Positions 18,349 to 25,206 of a stretch of 41,363 nucleotides of DNA are shown piece after piece. This DNA comes from a virus. The notes beneath the pieces are model-generated. The model worked only from the letters and a program-made list of their open reading frames with translations, made no database searches and was not told the origin of the DNA. The translations under genes were made by a program, and so were the position numbers. The DNA is taken from IMG/VR virus record IMGVR_UViG_3300045988_121266; one strand, 5' to 3'. Every line of letters starts with the position of its first letter. Positions within the stretch are counted from its first letter, which is position 1.

Positions 18349-18362
18349 CACCTCTCTTTTTC
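18337..18362 (+). terminator. Rho-independent terminator of the moron gene
   Basis: AGAGAGGT-taac-ACCTCTCT forms a perfect 8-bp stem followed by TTTTT. The stop codon lies in the loop. Confidence 0.75.
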
Positions 18363-18381
18363 TATGCAAGGAGGTGAATAC

Positions 18382-18459
18382 ATGGAAATCAGAGCGAGAC
18401 CGAAAGGTCTTATTTTTATACGCAAAATTAAAAAATCGAGGTACATAGAGTGTATGTAG
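18382..18459 (+). CDS. Possible 25-aa basic mini-ORF (MEIRARPKGLIFIRKIKKSRYIECM)
   Basis: A perfect AAGGAGGTGA lies 5 nt upstream of the ATG. The ORF is very short and overlaps the next gene's start. It may be only a leader or a chance ORF. Confidence 0.25.
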   Translation: MEIRARPKGLIFIRKIKKSRYIECM

Positions 18460-18728
18460 ACGTAAACACAATCATTACTGCCGGAAGCTTATTAACGGCC
18501 GTAGTGGTTATCTTTTCTGCTGTTTTCGCAGTATACAAGTGGTATTTAAGACAGAATGAGCAGGATAAAGAGATAGAGAGAATGAAATCGGAACAATGTT
18601 TGCTTACTTATGGAATTCTGGCTTGTCTGAAAGGTTTGAAAGAACAGGGATGTAATGGACCTGTTACAGAAGCAATAGACAAGATTCAGAAGCATATAAA
18701 TAAGCAAGCGCATGATCAGGAGGATTAA
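18450..18728 (+). CDS. Small membrane protein of the lysis cassette (holin-associated)
   Basis: 92 aa with a GTG start 8 nt after GAGGT. It has an N-terminal TM helix (IITAGSLLTAVVVIFSAVFAVY) and lies immediately upstream of the holin. Confidence 0.6.
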   Translation: MYVDVNTIITAGSLLTAVVVIFSAVFAVYKWYLRQNEQDKEIERMKSEQCLLTYGILACLKGLKEQGCNGPVTEAIDKIQKHINKQAHDQED

Positions 18729-18730
18729 GC

Positions 18731-18994
18731 ATGGATATTAGTACATTAGGAACAGTAGTAGGGATTGTAGCAATCTGTTATGTAATTGGACTTGGCTGCA
18801 AGGCATATGAGAAAATTCCAGACAAATGGATTCCGGTCATCATGGCCGTATGTGGCGGAGTTCTGGGCGTTGCCGGACTCTATACAATGCCGGACTTTCC
18901 AGCCGGTGATGTGATTAATGCAGTTGCGGTCGGAATGGCCAGCGGATTAGCGGCAACTGGAGTAAATCAGTTATATAAACAGCAGTGTAAGTAG
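18731..18994 (+). CDS. Holin
   Basis: 87 aa with 2-3 TM segments: VGIVAICYVIGLGC, IPVIMAVCGGVLGVAGL, AVAVGMASGLAATGVNQLYKQ. The RBS is CAGGAGGA. It lies directly upstream of the endolysin. Confidence 0.85.
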   Translation: MDISTLGTVVGIVAICYVIGLGCKAYEKIPDKWIPVIMAVCGGVLGVAGLYTMPDFPAGDVINAVAVGMASGLAATGVNQLYKQQCK

Positions 18995-19014
18995 AGGGCG
19001 ATTATTCGCCCTCT
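18993..19014 (+). promoter_or_regulatory. Stem-loop AGAGGGCGA-ttat-TCGCCCTCT (same stem sequence as the 8864 terminator, but no U-tract)
   Basis: Perfect 9-bp stem overlapping the holin stop codon. It is followed 15 nt later by palindrome copy B. Confidence 0.5.
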
Positions 19015-19029
19015 GACATATTATATAGT

Positions 19030-19043
19030 GTGCGACGTCGCAC
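19030..19043. promoter_or_regulatory. Copy B of the recurrent palindrome (GTGCGACGTCGCAC, perfect)
   Basis: It directly abuts AGAAAGGAG, the RBS of the endolysin gene, and is preceded by TTATATAGT. Confidence 0.5.
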
Positions 19044-19057
19044 AGAAAGGAGCAATT

Positions 19058-20410
19058 ATGGCACATTTATTTATTATAGCCGGACACGGAGCCGGTGACA
19101 GTGGAGCAGTTGGATACGGCTATACAGAGGCAGAGAGAGTCCGGGCACTTGCAAGACGAATCGTAGCATACGGAGGAAGTAATGTTACTCTTGGAGATAC
19201 AAACCGGAACTGGTATGCCGACAAAGGCATTAGCTCACTCAATATTCCAAAAAGCTATCAGATCTTGGAGCTTCACATGGACAGCGGAGTAGCTATGGCA
19301 AAAGGCGGTCACGTAATCATCAAGGAAGGATACTCTCCAGATCAGTATGATACAGCACTCGCCAACTTCATCGGTTCATTCTTCCCTGGCAGAGCAAATA
19401 AGGTAGTAGGCAGAGCGCATCTTGCCAACGTCAATCGTGCAGCTGCAAAAGGTTACAGCTATAGACTTCTGGAAAATGGATTCATTACAAACCAGGGAGA
19501 TCTCAACAAATTCAATTCCAAGATCGATGACTTGGCAAGAGGGATCCTCAAAGCATTCGGAATCACGTCTGCAGCACCAGTAGCATCAGTCAAGAAGACA
19601 GAACCTGTCGATGGAGAGATCAAGTCCGGTGGAGTATTCCAGAGCAAGACGGATAAGTTTGGTACAATCTCATATCAGGCTCACATGAGAAGTGCTGGCT
19701 GGGGAGCTTGGCAGTCTGACGGATTAATGGTCGGTTCAACAAACCAGAATCGCCGGATCGAAGCACTGCACATCCAGCCGGTCGGAGAAACAGATGTTGT
19801 TGTCCATATGAAAGGAATCGGAAACAAAGAATACAAGAACATTACCAAAGACACGCTGATCGGAACCACCGGACAGAACAGAAGACTGGAAGCAATCCGG
19901 ATCACCGGAAAGGAATCTTTCTACCTGTACAGAGTCCACCAGAAGAGTATTGGCTGGTCAGAATGGGCCAACAACGGAGAGTGGGCTGGTACGACCGGAA
20001 AAGGTCTGCAGATGGAAGCACTGGAGATTAAGAAATCCATGTTTTCAGTCGAGCCACACGTACAGAGCAAAGGCTGGTTGTCACCAAGAGCCGCAGAGAA
20101 TGTGATCGGTATCACCGGCCATGCATTACGTCTGGAAGCACTCAGAATCAACCCATACGGAAAGACGATCAAAGCGAAAGCACACATCCAGAGCAAAGGC
20201 TGGGTGGATTACGGCACGATCACCAAAGATACGATCATCGGTACAGTTGGAGAAAAGAAACGTATTGAGTGCTTATGTTTCGAAGGCGACTTCGAATACC
20301 GTGTTCATATCCAGAGTTCCGGATGGACAGACTGGACAAGAGCCGATGGAGTAGCTACTCTTGGAACTGTAGGACAGGAACTTAGAATCGAGGCTATTCA
20401 ATTTAGATGA
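19058..20410 (+). CDS. Endolysin: N-acetylmuramoyl-L-alanine amidase with six C-terminal ChW cell-wall-binding repeats
   Basis: The N-terminus HLFIIAGHGAGDSGAVGYGYTE...ELHMDSG...YRLLENGFITNQGDL is Amidase_3-like. From 19667 there are six repeats of the pattern Y-x-hHhQs-GW--W---G---GT-G---RhEAh-I (ChW). The ORF is open from GTG 19028, but ATG 19058 follows AAAGGAG. Confidence 0.9.
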   Translation: MAHLFIIAGHGAGDSGAVGYGYTEAERVRALARRIVAYGGSNVTLGDTNRNWYADKGISSLNIPKSYQILELHMDSGVAMAKGGHVIIKEGYSPDQYDTALANFIGSFFPGRANKVVGRAHLANVNRAAAKGYSYRLLENGFITNQGDLNKFNSKIDDLARGILKAFGITSAAPVASVKKTEPVDGEIKSGGVFQSKTDKFGTISYQAHMRSAGWGAWQSDGLMVGSTNQNRRIEALHIQPVGETDVVVHMKGIGNKEYKNITKDTLIGTTGQNRRLEAIRITGKESFYLYRVHQKSIGWSEWANNGEWAGTTGKGLQMEALEIKKSMFSVEPHVQSKGWLSPRAAENVIGITGHALRLEALRINPYGKTIKAKAHIQSKGWVDYGTITKDTIIGTVGEKKRIECLCFEGDFEYRVHIQSSGWTDWTRADGVATLGTVGQELRIEAIQFR

Positions 20411-20448
20411 TTTTTGCTAAAATGTAGCATATAAATAGGTAAAAATCC

Positions 20449-20500
20449 ACTTTATAGGTTATAGCAAAAAGGTCAACCAAATTGTTATAACCTATAAAGT
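20449..20500. other. Candidate attP core for the serine integrase
   Basis: Perfect 15-bp inverted arms, ACTTTATAGGTTATA (20449-20463) and TATAACCTATAAAGT (20486-20500), flank a 22-bp spacer. The spacer has further symmetry (GGT-CA-ACC) around a non-palindromic central CA at 20474-20475. The 52-bp total lies in the 128-bp gap next to the 3' end of int. Confidence 0.5.
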
Positions 20501-20503
20501 ATA

Positions 20504-20532
20504 CGCAAACCCTTGATTTTACTGGGTTTGCG
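20504..20532. terminator. Stem-loop between the convergent endolysin and integrase genes (probable bidirectional terminator)
   Basis: CGCAAACCC-11 nt-GGGTTTGCG forms a perfect 9-bp stem with T/A-rich flanks on both sides. Confidence 0.55.
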
Positions 20533-20538
20533 GGCATT

Positions 20539-22020
20539 TTACCTGTATAAGAAAAAGTAGATTTTAAGAGAATCGTTCTTGCGATCGTAGATAATCTTGT
20601 CGATGATCTGCTTCAGGGCTTCGTTCTTTTGAATGTATGTATAATTGTTGGAGATGAGAATATCATATACACTCCGGACCTTCTGAAGCATAGCATCCGC
20701 TGGATCCTGATCGGATTTACGAGCTGCCTTTTTCAATTCCTTTAATTGTTGTTCTAAGGATTCCCGTTCTTTCTGAATGATAGCTTTATTCGCTTTATAT
20801 TCTTCCAGTGTATCAATCCCTTCCCGGTAGGAGGCTTTTATTCGTTCCTCTTTGCCGGTTAAACTTTCCAAATGTTCTGTTATAGCCTTGCGCTCATCAA
20901 ACTGCTCTGTGGGTTGATATTCACGCAATTCATAGACAATATCTTTGGTATCCAATATTTCTTTGATACTGGCCAGAACTTCCTTCTCAAGGACCAGTGA
21001 GCTGATGCCGTTCGGCTTTTTACATTTACCTTTACTGTATCCGTAGCAGGAGAAGTAAGAATATTTTTCCCCATTGACTCGTTTCATAGTGGTTGAGGTT
21101 AGGGTGCGTCCGCAATCCGGGCATTTCAGCAGTCCGGAGAGCCAGTGCTTATAAGTGGAAGAGGGACGCTTGCCAACCGGCTTGTAGGTGGCTTTAAATC
21201 GTTTCTGCGCTGATTCAAAGAGTTCCTTTGATATGATAGCCGGCTGTTGTCCTTCTGTAACAATCCATTCGTCCTTATCTTTGATACGATTAGTGCTGTT
21301 CTCTGTCCGGTTCCACCGGATCATGCCACAATAGGAAGGATTCTGGATGATATATTCGACAGATCTTCGCTCAAATGGCTTTCCGTGCGAAGTCTTGAGC
21401 CCTAAAGAATTTAGGTATCTGGCGATATCAAAGAAGCTCATGCCTTCATTTGTGTATTTTTCGAATATAGTCCGAACAATCTTTGCTTCTTCCGGAACAA
21501 TCACCGGCGGCTTGCCATGCTCCACAACTTTGTAGCCGAGTGGTGGACGCGCCTGGTATGCTCCGCGGAGTGCATTTTCTTTCATGCCTCGATACACTTC
21601 GCCAGATAATCGGATAGAGTAATATTCATCCATCCACTCGATTATACGCTCGATCAGGCTGCCAAAAGGATTGTCGGAGAGTGGCTCGGACACACTCACG
21701 ACATCTACATTGTGCTGTTTTTTTAAAAGAGACTTGTATACGATGGATTCTTCCTGATTCCGGGCAAATCGTGAAAACTTCCATACCAGGATCAGATCGA
21801 CTGGACGGTCATCACCTTTGGCCAGTGCGATCATCTCCTGAAAGCCGGGACGCTTGTTGGCTTTTCTTCCGGAGATACCTAGGTCCGTGAAGATCTTCAG
21901 GATTACAATATTGTTCTTGGCTGCATAGTCCCGGAGGAGATGCTCCTGGGAGTCCGGGGAGATCTCTTCCTGATCATGAGTGGATACCCGGATGTAGCCG
22001 TATGCATATTTTACGCTCAT
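20539..22020 (-). CDS. Large serine recombinase (phage integrase)
   Basis: 493 aa. The N-terminal resolvase catalytic domain is YGYIRVSTHDQE...GISGRKANKRPGFQEM...LILVWKFSRFARN. It also has a recombinase domain, a zinc ribbon (CPDCGRTL...YFSCYGYSKGKCK) and a C-terminal coiled coil. Confidence 0.95.
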   Translation of the reverse strand: MSVKYAYGYIRVSTHDQEEISPDSQEHLLRDYAAKNNIVILKIFTDLGISGRKANKRPGFQEMIALAKGDDRPVDLILVWKFSRFARNQEESIVYKSLLKKQHNVDVVSVSEPLSDNPFGSLIERIIEWMDEYYSIRLSGEVYRGMKENALRGAYQARPPLGYKVVEHGKPPVIVPEEAKIVRTIFEKYTNEGMSFFDIARYLNSLGLKTSHGKPFERRSVEYIIQNPSYCGMIRWNRTENSTNRIKDKDEWIVTEGQQPAIISKELFESAQKRFKATYKPVGKRPSSTYKHWLSGLLKCPDCGRTLTSTTMKRVNGEKYSYFSCYGYSKGKCKKPNGISSLVLEKEVLASIKEILDTKDIVYELREYQPTEQFDERKAITEHLESLTGKEERIKASYREGIDTLEEYKANKAIIQKERESLEQQLKELKKAARKSDQDPADAMLQKVRSVYDILISNNYTYIQKNEALKQIIDKIIYDRKNDSLKIYFFLYR

Positions 22021-22044
22021 TGTATCACCTTCCTGTAATTATAT

Positions 22045-22058
22045 GTGCGACATCGCAC
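22045..22058. promoter_or_regulatory. Copy C of the recurrent palindrome (GTGCGACATCGCAC), upstream of int
   Basis: On the minus strand it reads tttttGTGCGATGTCGCACaTATAATtacAGGAAGGTGatacaATG. The palindrome abuts a perfect TATAAT -10 hexamer upstream of the integrase RBS. Confidence 0.5.
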
Positions 22059-22246
22059 AAAAATGGGTACAAAAATAACACCTATGCAGGTGCCAGGGAA
22101 ATGTGATATAATACTCTTGTTCACGGAATGTTATATCGTGCCTTGGCACTGTATAGTATTCAAAGATAGAGGCTCTGGTGCTGGTAACACCGGGGCTTCT
22201 GTTGTTTTATTGTGGATAACGTAAAAACATATATTTTTACGATTTA

Positions 22247-22822
22247 TTAATGATCTGCTAGAGACAGCACATTTGCCGTATATAAATTTATTCCAGAGAA
22301 TGTGGTAAAATCATTGTCATCAGAGATAATATTGGTATGGTTAGTAGAAACACAATTATCTAAGATAACATAATCAAAAGGATCGCATCTGTGTGCAGAG
22401 AAAGTATTTGTAAAATTTTTGAGTTTTGAATTTGTAAAATTAAAATCTAAAATCTTGCAAATAGCAGTAGCGTTATTTAAAGTTGTATGTAAGATGTTCT
22501 GTAATTTTTTTCTTTCCACAGAATCCTTTCGATAATCTTTAGGGGTATAATGGCAGTTAGGATTTGTAGCCAGAAAAATGGCAAACTCATTTTTCTCAAT
22601 TATATTTAATAATTCTGAAATATTGTAAACAGAGGTGCATAATGGGTTACCGTCAGATACTAATCTATCTACGAAATCATAATATGGTTTTGCCTGATAT
22701 TCCACACTTTTTTTTGTGAGACCATAACGTGGATAAACATACCAATAGAGAACGTTTGTATCCAAGAAATATTCTTTTGAATTATTAATGGAAGAGAAGG
22801 AATTAATATCTATAATATTCAT
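22247..22822 (-). CDS. PIN-domain nuclease-like protein (third gene of the GHKL/STAS/PIN cassette)
   Basis: 191 aa with acidic PIN-type motifs: YFLDTNVLYWY (N-terminal Asp), NISELLNIIEK (Glu) and NIISDDNDFTTF (C-terminal Asp cluster). Its ATG is 2 nt after the upstream stop, and its RBS GGTGGA lies inside the upstream gene. Confidence 0.65.
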   Translation of the reverse strand: MNIIDINSFSSINNSKEYFLDTNVLYWYVYPRYGLTKKSVEYQAKPYYDFVDRLVSDGNPLCTSVYNISELLNIIEKNEFAIFLATNPNCHYTPKDYRKDSVERKKLQNILHTTLNNATAICKILDFNFTNSKLKNFTNTFSAHRCDPFDYVILDNCVSTNHTNIISDDNDFTTFSGINLYTANVLSLADH

Positions 22823-22824
22823 AA

Positions 22825-23172
22825 TTATTCCACCTTTTTTGGAGCATTGTTAATGATTTTATCAATTTCGGAAGAAAACTCTGGATTTTCATATATTAGT
22901 TTAGCGTTATCAACCGAGGTCTTATATGTGCTTTTTCCAGTATCAGTTATATTTAATAATTCGATTTTTTCAAGCAAATCAAATCCATAAACAAGCCCTA
23001 ATGAAGCAAAGCTGTTGTTAAAAAAAGGTGAAGCAAAACGTTTGATACCATCAAAGTCAACAGATATTTCTTCCCCGCTTTTGAGTGCTTCTTCAATTAG
23101 GTGTTTTAATACAGCTCCCTTTGTTCTTGAAGCTGCTTCGTTTGTGAAAGACGATAATTTAATTGTGCTCAT
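22825..23172 (-). CDS. STAS-like (DUF4325-type) small protein
   Basis: 115 aa. GAVLKHLIEEALKSGEEISVDFDGIKRFASPFFNNSFASL matches the DUF4325 / anti-sigma-antagonist-like pattern (V-lDF-GV---sSF-de-F). The RBS is AGGAGG. Confidence 0.65.
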   Translation of the reverse strand: MSTIKLSSFTNEAASRTKGAVLKHLIEEALKSGEEISVDFDGIKRFASPFFNNSFASLGLVYGFDLLEKIELLNITDTGKSTYKTSVDNAKLIYENPEFSSEIDKIINNAPKKVE

Positions 23173-23190
23173 AAATTATTCCTCCTTATT

Positions 23191-24087
23191 TTAAATAGTG
23201 TATATATGATCATAATCAGCAATAATTGTGATACCGATAAACGTTCCCATAGAGGGAAAAGACAAATGTTCAAAATTAGATGTAGCATTGTATTGATAGT
23301 ATATATCGTTAGATAAAATATTTAAAGAGCCGTCATTTAGACGAATGAAGTCTTGCAGGTCAGATAAACCAAGACCGCGTGGAATACCACTAAGCAGTTG
23401 CTTAGTTGAATTTCCTCGCTTGAGGGCCCATTCAAGAGCAGATTTTGATGACATTGTATTATCAATTTTTTCTTTTATTAATGCGGGAATGCCGACACCC
23501 GTATCATAAACAGAAAAAGAAAGATATTTTTTCTGTGGCATCCAATGCCCACATGCATAAACTCCATGATTTGCACGAGAGTGATCGACTGAATTATTAA
23601 ATATTTCGTAAATATTCTTAAATAAAACTTCATGCCCTTGTTCTGTTAGTTGGATAGGTGCAAGCTCAAGAATATTGTCAATGTATTCGATAATACTCGA
23701 ATCATCTTTTAAATCGATGGATGCAAATGGTATAGCATTCCTGTTAGAATGAATATCTGGTTGCTTCATAATATGATCATACAAACCGGAATTATAAAAA
23801 TATTCACTTAGTTTACTGTTTTTAGAAGTTTGATATTTAATAGTTTTACCAAATGAAGCACCGATATACGCTAAAGCACCAAGGTACGATGTGAAAATAG
23901 CATGACTAAATCTACAATGTGTAAAGTCAAGGATAATAGTTGTTTCGTTAGAATCAATTAAATCGTTTTGTACTTTGGATAAAAATTTATACGTATCGGC
24001 GTTGTTGTTTAATGAAATCGGAAATATGATACGTTCCGCCATAAAATCATTCCTCGTTTCTTTGGCTATATACAATAGATTTTCCAC
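23191..24087 (-). CDS. GHKL (HATPase_c) ATPase / RsbW-SpoIIAB-like kinase-fold protein with an N-terminal STAS-like region
   Basis: The ORF is 298 aa. The probable start is ATG 24042, 7 nt after GAGGAA, giving 283 aa. Motifs are the N-box YEIFNNSVDHS (aa 160-170), the G1 box VYDTGVGIP (aa 193-201) and the G2 box GIPRGLGLSDL (aa 234-244). The N-terminal segment TTIILDFTHCRFSHAIFTSYLGAL is STAS-like. Confidence 0.7.
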   Translation of the reverse strand: MENLLYIAKETRNDFMAERIIFPISLNNNADTYKFLSKVQNDLIDSNETTIILDFTHCRFSHAIFTSYLGALAYIGASFGKTIKYQTSKNSKLSEYFYNSGLYDHIMKQPDIHSNRNAIPFASIDLKDDSSIIEYIDNILELAPIQLTEQGHEVLFKNIYEIFNNSVDHSRANHGVYACGHWMPQKKYLSFSVYDTGVGIPALIKEKIDNTMSSKSALEWALKRGNSTKQLLSGIPRGLGLSDLQDFIRLNDGSLNILSNDIYYQYNATSNFEHLSFPSMGTFIGITIIADYDHIYTI

Positions 24088-24096
24088 TATACAAAT

Positions 24097-24489
24097 TTAT
24101 TTCATCTGCACCTTCTGCATCAATGCTTCCTGGAGCACCTGCGAGAAGTTAAGTCCCATAGCAGTAGCGGACTCATTCAACCATTCAGGAATGGTGAGTG
24201 TCTTTTTAACAGCTTTCGAACTATGCTTCTTCAGATATGCAAATAAATCAAACTCAATGACAACAAGAAAACCATCATCAACTTTAAGTTCGCTGATATC
24301 TGTAGGATCAGGAATTACTTCCTTTTCTTTCTGTCTGCTTGTGACCGCAAGTCCTAATGCGTCAACGGCATTTTCGTATGCTTGCTGCATATCATCCCCG
24401 TCGGAAAAACATTCCGGGAAATCCGGGAAAGAGATCCAGAACCCGCCGTCTTCTTTATGAAAAATTGCCGGATAAAATAATCTGTTCAT
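24097..24489 (-). CDS. hicB: HicB-family antitoxin
   Basis: MNRLFYPAIFHKEDGGFWISFPDFPECFSDGDDMQQAYENAVDALGLAV is the typical HicB N-terminal fold sequence. ATG 24489 is 7 nt after GGAGGT, and the ORF is open from 24504. Confidence 0.85.
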   Translation of the reverse strand: MNRLFYPAIFHKEDGGFWISFPDFPECFSDGDDMQQAYENAVDALGLAVTSRQKEKEVIPDPTDISELKVDDGFLVVIEFDLFAYLKKHSSKAVKKTLTIPEWLNESATAMGLNFSQVLQEALMQKVQMK

Positions 24490-24528
24490 ACACGATACCT
24501 CCATAATATTTTATTTGTGCCGGCAGGA

Positions 24529-24717
24529 CTATTTAAGCCCCGCCTGTTTTAATATTGCCTGTTCCAAACCTTTTTTCAAGTCTTTGGAGTGATAAGGAAC
24601 AATTACTGTTCTACCAGTTTCCGGATTCATCAGTTTTACATGTGAGCCATTCTGACTAACTACGATGAAACCGTTTTTCTTGAGAAGTTTAATCATCTCT
24701 TTTGGTGTTAATGGCAT
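24529..24717 (-). CDS. hicA: HicA-family mRNA interferase toxin
   Basis: 62 aa. MPLTPKEMIKLLKKNGFIVVSQNGSHVKLMNPETGRTVIVPYHSKDLKKGLEQAILKQAGL is a typical HicA (YcfA-like) sequence. It lies upstream of hicB. Confidence 0.9.
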   Translation of the reverse strand: MPLTPKEMIKLLKKNGFIVVSQNGSHVKLMNPETGRTVIVPYHSKDLKKGLEQAILKQAGLK

Positions 24718-24756
24718 CTTTTGTATCTCCTTTCCTTATCATGATTACATTATAGC

Positions 24757-24801
24757 ACGTGTTAACACGTATGTCAAGCAAATATGTATAAATACGTATT
24801 T
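24757..24801. promoter_or_regulatory. Divergent control region with two perfect palindromes
   Basis: ACGTGTTAACACGT (24757-24770, 14 bp) and AAATACGTATTT (24790-24801, 12 bp) lie between hicA (-) and the XRE gene (+). Confidence 0.45.
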
Positions 24802-24838
24802 TGCGTATAAAATAATTGAAATGTAACATACTAATATC

Positions 24839-25036
24839 ATGAAGATATTACTAGACAAAATAATGTATGATAAACATCTGACCATTCGTCAGCCCTCTAT
24901 CCTTACAGGTGTCCCAAAATCGACAATAGCTGATATCGCATCTGGAAAGATTAGTCCACGACTGGACACACTGGAACAGTTAGCAAAGAGGCTAAATGTT
25001 CGAATTACTGACTTATTTGAGGCGGATATTAAATAA
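24839..25036 (+). CDS. XRE-family helix-turn-helix transcriptional regulator
   Basis: 65 aa. The HTH is LTIRQPSILTGVPKSTIADIASGKISPRLDTLEQLAKRLNVRITDLF. No obvious SD is present, so the mRNA may be leaderless or weakly translated. Confidence 0.8.
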   Translation: MKILLDKIMYDKHLTIRQPSILTGVPKSTIADIASGKISPRLDTLEQLAKRLNVRITDLFEADIK

Positions 25037-25161
25037 GTGTCTGAGCATCCGGACAAATTTATTTATGTGTCTTTTTAAATCGTATTGAATATGATACAAT
25101 ATTCTTGTTGAGGGAGTACTGTATCGAGCGAATCCTTCGCCGTATATATTACTCGGGATTT

Positions 25162-25195
25162 CCCCGGTGTTTGATAGGCACCGGGGATTTTTTAT
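25162..25195 (+). terminator. Rho-independent terminator
   Basis: TCCCCGGTG-9 nt-CACCGGGGA forms a 9-bp stem followed by TTTTTTAT. It sits between the XRE gene and the convergent lipoprotein gene. Confidence 0.75.
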
Positions 25196-25206
25196 ATTAC
25201 ACTATT

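Noticed and set aside
20411-20538. A tRNA or tmRNA fragment at the attachment region, which is common for tyrosine-integrase phages.
   Set aside because: No cloverleaf-compatible arms or a T-loop GTTCGAATC-like motif were seen. The integrase is a serine recombinase, and those do not typically target tRNA genes.
23975-24460. 161-aa + strand ORF antisense to the GHKL ATPase and hicB genes.
   Set aside because: It has no RBS and a Ser/Phe/Cys-rich, low-information sequence. The opposite strand encodes two proteins with clear family motifs.
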